Below are positions 17,063-25,316 of a stretch of 34,573 nt of DNA, in pieces. This DNA is from a virus (Duplodnaviria > Caudoviricetes). Position 1 is the first letter of the stretch. Each line of letters starts with the position of its first letter. A program made the position numbers and the translations under genes. The DNA lies in the IMG/VR virus record IMGVR_UViG_3300017766_001405, positions 1 to 34,573 of that record, one strand, 5' to 3'. The notes under the pieces are model-generated. The model was given only the letters and a program-made list of their open reading frames with translations, was not told the DNA's origin and ran no database searches.

Positions 17063-19726
17063 ATGGCACTCGTAACAAAAACAGCGCAAGACATTTTTGC
17101 ACCTGCAGATAACAACGGCCAACCGCGAGCCCCCTCACTTCAGGAGGTGCAGGTATGGGGTACGGAGATTGAGAATGTCGCAACCGCGCTTGCAACGGCT
17201 TCCGCTGCGTTTGATACTCGCGCTAACCTGTACTCCTCTCTCGGCTACTCCGCCAATACTATGGCGTGGGTGGTAGCAGATACGACGGTAGCTTACAACG
17301 GAATCTATCGGAAGTCTGGCGCGTCCGGCTCTGGCGCGTGGTCGCGCGTTGCCGACCTGCCATACAGCTTTATTGTGGCGACCAACGCCGGGGCTGGAAC
17401 AGCGAATGCCATTATTGCCACGACATCAATTCCAGTCAGTGAAAGTGCGCTTGTTATTCTTCCGATCGCGGCGACCAATACGGCTAGCCCTGTGCGCGTG
17501 TCCTATAACGGCGGATCATTGCTGACCATCAAGTCAAACAATGGCAATGATATTGTGATTGGTGGGCTGGCTGCTGGAATGCATGTCACAGGGGTGATTG
17601 TAGGCGATGTGTTCCAGCTGGTCAGTGATCAGGTGAGTGCAGCTATCGCCGCTGCTGCCGAAGCTTCTGCGCAGGCCTCCCAGGCGTCGGCCAACAATGC
17701 AGCCACTCAGGTCACGAATGCAAGGGCTTGGTCCGATCAGGCGCAAGCCTATGCCGCGACCGCCAACCCGATTAACTTCGTGCCGATCCGTCCCAATTTG
17801 TGCCCGAACGGTGGCCTCGAAAGTGGCCTGGATGGCATTTCTTTGTGGAACAACGTGGATGGATATTATAATAATGGAAACCGATACGACAGTCCGATGT
17901 GGGGGGCGGTGTTATCGATAGGTTTGACCAGTGGCGCAACAACTTATCGGGTGCAATGGCCAAAATTTCCTGTTTCTGCAGGATCGACGTACACTGTTAC
18001 AGGCGATGCCGTGCTATTCGCAACCGCTGGGAATGTGTTTTACCAATTAGTTTGGTTGGATGCGGCTGGCGTAGAGACATACGGCAGCACAAAGTTGCTC
18101 GGAATCGGACGTAACTTTTCGGATACAGCCACAGCGCGTCAAGACATGGCCGTTGCATCAGTTGCGCCCGCAGGTACAGTCCAAGCCTATGTTAGATGTG
18201 TGTTTGACGCCCTGACCGCTCCCGCAGCACTGCAGGTCCGCCAATGTAAAGTTGAGCATGGCACAATTCCGGCCAGCTTCTACAGCCAGTATGTACCACC
18301 CATTACCAGGATGATTGAGGTGTATCCCGAAATGTACGGGGTCAGCACGAGCAATACGGCTGCACTCAATGACATCGGGTGGGCACGTGTTAAGGCCGCG
18401 ATTGAGGCTATGTCCGGATCGTATGGGGTGACCATACGCTTTCGCGCAGGCCTTTACAGATTTACGTCGTTGCCTTGGCCCAACCGACATTGCACCCGCA
18501 TCCTTGGCGCAGGCCATGGCCTCAACGGCACGATACTTGAGTTCGCCAGCACCTCTGGCTTGCCAAACCCCATCACGATCACCGGATTGCAGCACTGCGC
18601 TATCCGAGACGTTTACATCCGACAGTCCATCCGTGTCGCAGGGTATGCAATCGTGCTCGATGGAGCAGCCTATGTCACGACGATTGAGCGTGTGCGGATT
18701 GACTACAGCCACAATGGCATCTGGGTAAAACATGCCTCTGAAACGGTGCTGCGGGACATTGAATATCGCTATCTGATCGGCTCTTACGGAACCCGATGCG
18801 GTGGTGCGACAGGCGGTTGCTACGGAGTAACGTTTGACAATGTCCGTGGCGACAACCCGTATCGCCCAAATCTGGAACCAAAAGTCAAAAAGGTTGGAAC
18901 GGCAGTCAGGGTCAATTGGCAGCCCACACAGGCGTATGTTGCGGGCGAAATCACAGTTGCCAATAACGCTATCTGGCAATGTGTGGTCGCGGGAACAACA
19001 GGCAGCACATTTTCTCCTGCGATACCGGGCACGACGCCGACAGATGCGTTCACGACCAATGTCACCGATGGTACCGTGCAATGGGCATTCATCAGTCTCA
19101 ACAACCTCGCTTGGTGTGTGCAGGACAGTTTTGCTTACTCCTTGCGACTGGATAAGTTGATTTCGTTGAATGGATCGCAGGGCTTCGCGATGCGTGACAC
19201 GCTGGCGACAGGCTCCAGCTATCCAATGTGGTGCCTCGTTGGCTTTATTGAGTGTGACCATAATCATGCGATGGCCATTAATCTCGAAGCCGGTGAAGGG
19301 TTCTACACGTCACTTGTTTGGGCTGGATCTTGCCTGACAGGCAACGGCATAACCATCGGATCAGGTTTCCGTGGCGAGGTTGCTCTGAATAACGGCACGC
19401 GGGTGCACGGTAATTGGCAGCATGGAATTCTGCTCAACCCCGGTCCGGTCGCCACCTCAATCATTGGTGTGCAGGTTTCCAACAACAGTCAGGAAAATGT
19501 TGGAGTCTATCATGGCATTGCTGTTGTCGGTGGCTCGACTGACTTCACCATATTGGGTTGCGGCATTGGCGTCAGCGCACACATACAAGTCTCGCAAGGC
19601 TACTCGATATTTATCGGCGGCGGCTGCTCATATGGTCGCGTGGCTCTCAACCGCCTCAGAGGAGCATCGGTTGCCAACATCGATCAAGGCACAGGCCATA
19701 ACGATGTGCAGTTCAGCATGAACTGA
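17063..19726 (+). CDS. Tailspike/receptor-binding protein, putative polysaccharide depolymerase
   Basis: N-terminal anchor (YNGIYRKSGASGSGAW), Ala-rich linker, CBM-like domain (NLCPNGGLE), PEMYG plus pectate-lyase-like beta-helix with an inserted WQPTQAYVAG...WQCVVAGT module. Confidence 0.82.
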   Translation: MALVTKTAQDIFAPADNNGQPRAPSLQEVQVWGTEIENVATALATASAAFDTRANLYSSLGYSANTMAWVVADTTVAYNGIYRKSGASGSGAWSRVADLPYSFIVATNAGAGTANAIIATTSIPVSESALVILPIAATNTASPVRVSYNGGSLLTIKSNNGNDIVIGGLAAGMHVTGVIVGDVFQLVSDQVSAAIAAAAEASAQASQASANNAATQVTNARAWSDQAQAYAATANPINFVPIRPNLCPNGGLESGLDGISLWNNVDGYYNNGNRYDSPMWGAVLSIGLTSGATTYRVQWPKFPVSAGSTYTVTGDAVLFATAGNVFYQLVWLDAAGVETYGSTKLLGIGRNFSDTATARQDMAVASVAPAGTVQAYVRCVFDALTAPAALQVRQCKVEHGTIPASFYSQYVPPITRMIEVYPEMYGVSTSNTAALNDIGWARVKAAIEAMSGSYGVTIRFRAGLYRFTSLPWPNRHCTRILGAGHGLNGTILEFASTSGLPNPITITGLQHCAIRDVYIRQSIRVAGYAIVLDGAAYVTTIERVRIDYSHNGIWVKHASETVLRDIEYRYLIGSYGTRCGGATGGCYGVTFDNVRGDNPYRPNLEPKVKKVGTAVRVNWQPTQAYVAGEITVANNAIWQCVVAGTTGSTFSPAIPGTTPTDAFTTNVTDGTVQWAFISLNNLAWCVQDSFAYSLRLDKLISLNGSQGFAMRDTLATGSSYPMWCLVGFIECDHNHAMAINLEAGEGFYTSLVWAGSCLTGNGITIGSGFRGEVALNNGTRVHGNWQHGILLNPGPVATSIIGVQVSNNSQENVGVYHGIAVVGGSTDFTILGCGIGVSAHIQVSQGYSIFIGGGCSYGRVALNRLRGASVANIDQGTGHNDVQFSMN

Positions 19727-19740
19727 CGAATGCCGCGATT

Positions 19741-19866
19741 TGACCATCCGTTTAAGCCGGGTGGTCAGGGTGCACCAAACACCCTAACGACGGGCCAGAT
19801 TTGCGCTCAGACCCGTCCGACAGCACCACACGATAACCGTCGCACCCGTACCCTGCAGGGCCGGGT
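19741..19866 (+). promoter_or_regulatory. Multi-hairpin leader upstream of the methylase remnant
   Basis: Stems tgaccatccg/cgggtggtca, gggtg/caccc, gacggg/cccgtc, and acccg/cgggt enclosing ccctgcaggg. Confidence 0.45.
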
Positions 19867-19895
19867 CTCTGTGACTGAGTCGTGAGATTTTGGAA

Positions 19896-20204
19896 ATGGT
19901 AAATCGTGAAACGCTGCGTGATGTCCCCAACACGCAGCCTCCTGCCGCATGGATTGGCGGCAAGCGCACCCTTGCTCCGCTTCTGGTCAAGATGATCGAG
20001 ACCGTGCAACACCAGACCTATGCCGAGCCATTTGTTGGCATGGGCGGTGTGTTCTTCAGGCGCAGGCAAGCGCCCAGGACGGAGGTGATCAATGACCGCT
20101 CCGGTGATGTGGTCAATCTGTTCCGTATCCTTCAGCGGCACTATCCGCAGTTTATGGACACGCTCAAATTCCAGATCACCAGTCGTCGCGAGTTCGAGCG
20201 GCTG
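19896..20204 (+). pseudogene. Truncated D12-class (Dam-like) DNA adenine methyltransferase
   Basis: WIGGKR, YAEPFVGMG (motif I), EVIND and SRREFERL are present; similarity stops there and no DPPY catalytic motif follows. Confidence 0.85.
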
Positions 20205-20257
20205 CCAGCTCTACGATGGTTTACGCCGACAACTTCTAAACCAAAGGAACCCACACC

Positions 20258-20482
20258 ATGCTTATCAAGAACTGGCGGAGCGTGCTTTTGCGCGCGTTGT
20301 CTATGTGGGCTGTCTATATCGCAACAGCCCTGCAAATCGCAGAAAACGCGGTTCCGTATGTGGCTGATCATTTGCCGTGGTGGCTGCCGGTCGGTGTCTT
20401 AATTTTATCGCCAATTTTCAGAATCATATCACAAGGAGGCTTAGATGCCGATCAACAAGATAACGGCAAGCAAGCGCGGTAA
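20258..20482 (+). CDS. Putative holin
   Basis: 74 aa with two TM segments, MLIKNWR...RIISQ pattern; RBS aagga; directly upstream of the lysozyme. Confidence 0.7.
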   Translation: MLIKNWRSVLLRALSMWAVYIATALQIAENAVPYVADHLPWWLPVGVLILSPIFRIISQGGLDADQQDNGKQAR

Positions 20483-21047
20483 AGCTGCGCTTGCAGCAGC
20501 CATTGTTGCTGCGGGTGTTGGTGGATGGCAAACGTTCAAAGACAGCACGCCAGCTACCCCGCCGCCAGCCGTTGTGCTGGCAACGAATACCCTGATCATT
20601 CCATGGGAGGGCTTGGCTCTCAAATCTCATTGGGATCAGTTCGCAAAGATCTGGGATATTTGTTACGGCGAGACGCTCATCAATGGCAAGCCTGTCCAGC
20701 CAGGAATGAGCTTCACCAAGGCGGAATGCGGTGCCATGCTGAAGCGTCGCGTCTTCAATGACTATTACATGCCGCTGGTTCGCAAAGTGCCAAAATTTAC
20801 AAACTTCCCGGTCTCTGTGCAGGCGGCGATGGTTTCTGGTGCTTACAATTTTGGGGTGGGCGGCATGATCGGTTCGCGCGCGATGGCGCTGGCACTTGAC
20901 GGCAAATATCGTGAGGCTTGCGAAGCGCAAACAGCTTGGAATAAAGCGGGCGGACAGGTCGTCAATGGCCTCGTCAAGCGCCGCGAGATGGGGGATGCGC
21001 AGCGGATCGGTGAAGCTGAAGTTTGCGTTTCTGGGTTGACACCATGA
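20445..21047 (+). CDS. Endolysin, GH24 lysozyme with probable SAR anchor
   Basis: WEG-x6-D...ICYGET catalytic region, YNFG, WNKAGG...GLVKRR; Ala/Gly-rich N-terminal TM. Confidence 0.92.
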   Translation: MPINKITASKRGKAALAAAIVAAGVGGWQTFKDSTPATPPPAVVLATNTLIIPWEGLALKSHWDQFAKIWDICYGETLINGKPVQPGMSFTKAECGAMLKRRVFNDYYMPLVRKVPKFTNFPVSVQAAMVSGAYNFGVGGMIGSRAMALALDGKYREACEAQTAWNKAGGQVVNGLVKRREMGDAQRIGEAEVCVSGLTP

Positions 21048-21412
21048 CAGCACTCTGGAGCAAGCCAGCAATCTACATCTATATAGCAATTGCCGCAGCG
21101 CTGGCCTTATGGGGCGCTTATATCCATGTGTACAACAACGGCTATGAAGCGGCAGAGCTGCACTACAAGGCAGAGATTGCCGCCAATGCCGCCGCCATTG
21201 CCGAAGCCACAGCCAACGAGCAGCGACGGCAGACCATAGCCAACAACGCCGCAAAAGCGCGTGAGGCGGCAGCCATTGCCGAGTTGGAAAAACAAGAATC
21301 TGAAAATGAAGAACTCAGACGGAGGCTGGCCGATGAAGCTATGCACGATCCTGATGCTGGCCGCCCTGCCTTTGGTGTTGGGAGCGTGCAGCGTATCAAC
21401 AAAATTCGTTAG
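21044..21412 (+). CDS. Inner-membrane spanin (Rz-like)
   Basis: N-terminal TM followed by a coiled coil; ATGA-coupled to the endolysin. Confidence 0.75.
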   Translation: MTALWSKPAIYIYIAIAAALALWGAYIHVYNNGYEAAELHYKAEIAANAAAIAEATANEQRRQTIANNAAKAREAAAIAELEKQESENEELRRRLADEAMHDPDAGRPAFGVGSVQRINKIR

Positions 21413-21632
21413 CAGCCCGCCACAAATCGCGATGCCTGATAGCAAGCTTCTCCGTGCTTGCGGCAAGCCGGTGGATGTTGGCACCGCGCCATTGACACAA
21501 CAGCAAGCCGAGGATATGTGGATCACCGACCGATTGCGCTTGTTGGATTGTTACAGGCGTCACCTTGCTTTGACGAAATTCATCATTGACCGCGACAATG
21601 CGCTTATGGGGAACGCCGAGGGCAAGCCATGA
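21333..21632 (+). CDS. Outer-membrane spanin lipoprotein (Rz1-like)
   Basis: MKLCTILMLAALPLVLGAC lipobox; Pro/Cys-rich; overlaps the i-spanin 3' end in another frame. Confidence 0.8.
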   Translation: MKLCTILMLAALPLVLGACSVSTKFVSSPPQIAMPDSKLLRACGKPVDVGTAPLTQQQAEDMWITDRLRLLDCYRRHLALTKFIIDRDNALMGNAEGKP

Positions 21633-21952
21633 GCGGACCTGAAATCATGGCAGTTGTCGGCTTTTTCGTTGCCGTTTCCGGCGCTCTATGGGGTGTGTGG
21701 TGGCGTGTTGAAGGACGTATCTCCGCAGCCAAGGACCGCGCCGACAAGGTGGCTGAAGATCTGGCGGCACATCGACTACACATTGCAGAAACCTACGTCA
21801 CTAAGGCTGGGTTGCAAGAGCAGACTACCCAAATTATGCGAGCTATCGAGGGCGTTGGTTCTCGTATCGATGGCATGAATGAGCGGTTAGACCGCGCATT
21901 TGAACACCCGCACGTCACGCCATTGCCGCGTCGTCGTACATCCAGCGATTAA
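21629..21952 (+). CDS. Membrane-anchored coiled-coil protein of the lysis region
   Basis: N-terminal TM then heptad repeats (ETYVTK...RIDGMNERLD). Confidence 0.7.
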   Translation: MSGPEIMAVVGFFVAVSGALWGVWWRVEGRISAAKDRADKVAEDLAAHRLHIAETYVTKAGLQEQTTQIMRAIEGVGSRIDGMNERLDRAFEHPHVTPLPRRRTSSD

Positions 21953-21976
21953 CAAACTACCGATAGGAGTCAATCC

Positions 21977-22240
21977 ATGGCTACCGAACTTCTTGCAACC
22001 GGATCAACGGCTGCCTCTTCTTCTGATCTAGTTGTTGCCGATGGCTCCACGGTTACTGTGGCACTCAAGGGCGACACGACTGGTGAAGCCTATGTACAGA
22101 TCCTTCTCAAAGATGACGCCGGTGCTTACGCGGTCATTGGCGCAATTTCTCCATATCTGCGCGCCGTTGTGATTGCCGCGCCAGGCACATATCGCTTTAC
22201 GCGCCGCGCTGGTGCGGTCTGCGGGGTGTTCAGTGCTTAA
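21977..22240 (+). CDS. Small beta-rich protein, possible virion appendage base
   Basis: 87 aa; RBS aggag; coupled to the following esterase gene. Confidence 0.7.
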   Translation: MATELLATGSTAASSSDLVVADGSTVTVALKGDTTGEAYVQILLKDDAGAYAVIGAISPYLRAVVIAAPGTYRFTRRAGAVCGVFSA

Positions 22241-24590
22241 GACTCTGCTGTCCTCTGTTTTTAGACCGCCTTTACGGGTTAGTGTTAACCAGCCCGCCAG
22301 AGGAAACAAGTTTACGCCTTCCGCCTTCACAATGACGCAGCTTGCAACATCTGGTCGTATTTATCAGCGGTCAACAGCGTCTGGCGGGACGGCGGGCAGA
22401 GGCTACGGATCGATACCAGTCACGGTAAACGTAACGCAGGCTGGAAACATTAAAGCCCGCTGCCGTGCTGTATCGGATGGAACGACAATTTTGCAGGCAC
22501 CATGGACGGCGGCAACGGTCTCTGTGGCTAACGGCGCTGTTTCAATCAACCGTGTGGCGGCAAGAGCGGAACAATTCTATCTAGATTTGTCAGCAGACGG
22601 CACGACGTGGCAAAATGGCACGGTTCCAATTTGGATGGGTCGTCTTGTTGGTGTGTCTGGTCAATCGCAAGCCGTTCGGCAAATTGCGAAGGTGTCAGCC
22701 TATGTTGGCACGATGGCAAGCCTTGGCGTCACCATTAGCCCGAACGGCGCGCTATATGCTGCGGTTGACGATACAAGCATTACAGTTGCCACGGCTGCAT
22801 GGGCGTTACCATCCGATTCTGGACCGTATACCAGCACATTCGCCGCGGAGTTTCTGCGCAGACAAGTCGCGTCATATGGTGTGGCATGCGGTCTCGTTGG
22901 CTATGCGAAGGGCGATACCGCTATTTCCGACTGGGCAAGCGGAACAGCGCAACGCAATAAGCTTCTCGCGACACTAGATGCGGTTGGTGGGTTCGAGGCG
23001 TTCTATTGGCATCAAGGCGGCAATGACGCCGGGGCCGGAACGACGAAGGCAACGTACAAGGCGGCGCTCGACAACCTCTTTGCTGACCTTGCCGCGCATA
23101 ATCCTATCTTTGGCACGAATTTCACGAAGTCCATCACGGCAATGGCAACACGGCTTGCGGCTGGTGCCGGGACCGTTGCGACCGTGCAGGCTATCCGTCA
23201 AGCGTCAAAAGAATGGGCAGCAGCGAACAGCGGAATTTACCTTGAGCCGCATGACCTCAACCTAGAAGACAGCGTGCATCAAGGCCAGCCGGGTAATATC
23301 GTTCTTGCGCAACACCTGCACCGCGCATTTGCCAGCAACGACATCGGCCCTTCGCTGGGCACGCCAACTCGTGCTGCCGGAAGTGCCGTCATTTCAGTTC
23401 CTGTTTCGCTGCCAACTGGCGCAACCTCGATCGTTCTGACAGGTTCGCCGCAAACGCGCTTTACGGTTTATCCATCTGGGACCACTACGGGTGCGCTCAC
23501 TGTGTCATCGTTAGCGTGGAGTGCAGCAACGCAAAGCCTGGAATTGACGCTATCATCTGCTCCAGCGGATTCGCAGGCGTTAGACGTTTATGCGTTCTTG
23601 CATCCAGACCCAAGCGGCACGACTGCGAATGCCAATATGATCCGCGATGACCGCATGGAAGATGGTATCTCCGTTGGTCGATCTCTTGAGCCAACAACGG
23701 CTGGCCCTGTAGTTTGTGCGGCGGTTGGCCCTGCAACGGCCCCGGCTCAAATGTCTGCGCCAACTTTGGCCGCTATTGACGCTTCAATTGCGGTTACACG
23801 CGCTGCGGACCCAAGCAATGGCGGATCAGCGATCACAGGCTATGACCTGCGGTACTCTACCGACGAATCGACATGGACAACCGTTGCGATGACAACCAAC
23901 CCGCATACTGTCAGCGGACTGACGAATGCAACACTGTACTATGTCCAGACGCGGGCGAATAATGCCATCGGTAATGGTGCGTGGAGTGCTTCGGCGTCCG
24001 CAACACCTGCAGCTGTAGTGAGTGCGCCGCTTTCTGATACATTCGCCGCGACAGATGGTACCAACCTTTCCGCCCATGCAGCCGACACCGGGCAGTCATG
24101 GACGGCTGTTGTCGGGACGATGCTTATTGCAAGCAATGAGGTTTACGCCTCTGCGTCTCCGTCAACATACCGTTCGTCTTATACGGCGGCATCCGCAAAC
24201 GCCTATGTGCAAGCAACTTTCCGATTCTTGTCGAGCTTGGCAAGCTCTGCAAATTGGCTGCTTTGCCGATCCACTGCGACCAATACTTGGTATCAGGGCG
24301 GCTATCAGCAGGCAGGGGCAAGCGGTGAAGGCTATTATCTAGGCAAGACCGTGGCTGGCACCTTTACAGTCATTGGCTATTATGCTGCGTCTCCGACTGG
24401 TGATAAGGTTGTCAGGATCGAAACATCAGGTACCACGATTCGCCTATTGGTGGATGGCGCTCAAGTGATTTCGGCAACAGACTCGTCCATTACCGCTGCC
24501 GGTAATGCTGGCATCAGACAAGGTGGATCTAACGCTGCGACGACGACAACCGGCGTTCATATTGACAACATGACCGCTGGCATTTTATAA
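22233..24590 (+). CDS. SGNH/SASA-family carbohydrate O-acetylesterase with Fn3 and C-terminal lectin-like domain
   Basis: GQSQ (block I), WHQGGND (block III), DSVH (DxxH); Fn3 GGSAITGY...YYVQTRANNAIGNGAWS. GTG start at 22233 inferred. Confidence 0.8.
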   Translation: MLKTLLSSVFRPPLRVSVNQPARGNKFTPSAFTMTQLATSGRIYQRSTASGGTAGRGYGSIPVTVNVTQAGNIKARCRAVSDGTTILQAPWTAATVSVANGAVSINRVAARAEQFYLDLSADGTTWQNGTVPIWMGRLVGVSGQSQAVRQIAKVSAYVGTMASLGVTISPNGALYAAVDDTSITVATAAWALPSDSGPYTSTFAAEFLRRQVASYGVACGLVGYAKGDTAISDWASGTAQRNKLLATLDAVGGFEAFYWHQGGNDAGAGTTKATYKAALDNLFADLAAHNPIFGTNFTKSITAMATRLAAGAGTVATVQAIRQASKEWAAANSGIYLEPHDLNLEDSVHQGQPGNIVLAQHLHRAFASNDIGPSLGTPTRAAGSAVISVPVSLPTGATSIVLTGSPQTRFTVYPSGTTTGALTVSSLAWSAATQSLELTLSSAPADSQALDVYAFLHPDPSGTTANANMIRDDRMEDGISVGRSLEPTTAGPVVCAAVGPATAPAQMSAPTLAAIDASIAVTRAADPSNGGSAITGYDLRYSTDESTWTTVAMTTNPHTVSGLTNATLYYVQTRANNAIGNGAWSASASATPAAVVSAPLSDTFAATDGTNLSAHAADTGQSWTAVVGTMLIASNEVYASASPSTYRSSYTAASANAYVQATFRFLSSLASSANWLLCRSTATNTWYQGGYQQAGASGEGYYLGKTVAGTFTVIGYYAASPTGDKVVRIETSGTTIRLLVDGAQVISATDSSITAAGNAGIRQGGSNAATTTTGVHIDNMTAGIL

Positions 24591-24599
24591 CTTCTCACC

Positions 24600-24644
24600 A
24601 AAGCCCCGCCTGCCCTAACCGGCGGCGGGGCTTTTTTTGTTTTT
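24600..24644 (+). terminator. Rho-independent terminator ending the late operon
   Basis: aagccccgcc/ggcggggctt stem followed by a long T tract. Confidence 0.9.
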
Positions 24645-24648
24645 GTGG

Positions 24649-24677
24649 TTGACAGTAGCATCGGCGTGTGCCATGCT
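24649..24677 (+). promoter_or_regulatory. sigma70 promoter for the accessory operon
   Basis: TTGACA (24649-24654), N17, CATGCT with extended TG; RBS gaggag at about 24692. Confidence 0.6.
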
Positions 24678-24704
24678 TTAATAAGAAACCAGAGGAGTTT
24701 TGAA

Positions 24705-25316
24705 ATGCCTTATATCGAACATCTGCATACGAATCCAAACGGCGAAAAAGTAACAATTTACATTGATGATAAATTCAACATAGCCACACTCGGCGCAGGG
24801 TCAAAAATCGGCGCAGGGTCAAAAATCGGCGCAGGGTCAAAAATCGGCGCATGGTCATCAATCGGCGAAGGGTCAAAAATCGGCGCATGGTCATCAATCG
24901 GCGAAGGGTCAAAAATCGGCGCAGGGTCAAAAATCGGCGCATGGTCATCAATCGGCGAAGGGTCATCAATCGGCGCATGTTCATCAATCGGCGAAGGGTC
25001 AAAAATCGGCGCAAATGATGAATGCAACCGTCCCGCCTATATGGCCCCGCTTCCATTTGGTCCGCGTGAGTACTACATAACCATGACCAATAAAAACATG
25101 GCAATCGGTTGTGAGTTGCACACTTTTGAGTGGTGGTGGCATGCATCTGATCGCGATATTCTTGCGCTAGACGGAAGAAAAGCGCTGGAATACTGGGCCA
25201 AAGCAAAGCCGCTCTTGTTTAGCGCGGCTAAAGTGTTTGGTTTTTTTGATGAAGGCATGAAAGCCGCGGAAATTGTGGGAAGCCATAACCAATCAGAAAG
25301 AGGAGATCAATTATGA
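24705..25316 (+). CDS. Hexapeptide-repeat (left-handed beta-helix) protein with a C-terminal IGC...WW domain
   Basis: About 12.5 IGxxSx repeats followed by MAIGCELHTFEWW...LDGRKALEYW. Confidence 0.8.
   Translation: MPYIEHLHTNPNGEKVTIYIDDKFNIATLGAGSKIGAGSKIGAGSKIGAWSSIGEGSKIGAWSSIGEGSKIGAGSKIGAWSSIGEGSSIGACSSIGEGSKIGANDECNRPAYMAPLPFGPREYYITMTNKNMAIGCELHTFEWWWHASDRDILALDGRKALEYWAKAKPLLFSAAKVFGFFDEGMKAAEIVGSHNQSERGDQL
24789..25013 (+). repeat. In-frame 18-bp tandem repeat, about 12.5 copies
   Basis: Units such as atcggcgcagggtcaaaa, atcggcgcatggtcatca and atcggcgaagggtcaaaa. Confidence 0.95.

Noticed and set aside
18158-19267. Long minus-strand ORFs (also 1540-2466 and 11251-12036)
   Set aside because: They are antisense shadows of well-supported + strand genes and have no recognisable motifs.
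19890-20402. Intact 170-aa methyltransferase as listed in the ORF track
   Set aside because: Residues after about 20204 are read-through into the holin region, and the catalytic DPPY motif is absent.
17063-24590. Diversity-generating retroelement or invertible tail-fibre cassette
   Set aside because: No reverse transcriptase, invertase, template/variable repeat pair or flanking inverted repeats were seen.
24789-25013. Tandem repeats as a CRISPR array
   Set aside because: The units are contiguous 18-mers with no unique spacers, lie in frame within a CDS, and no cas genes are present.
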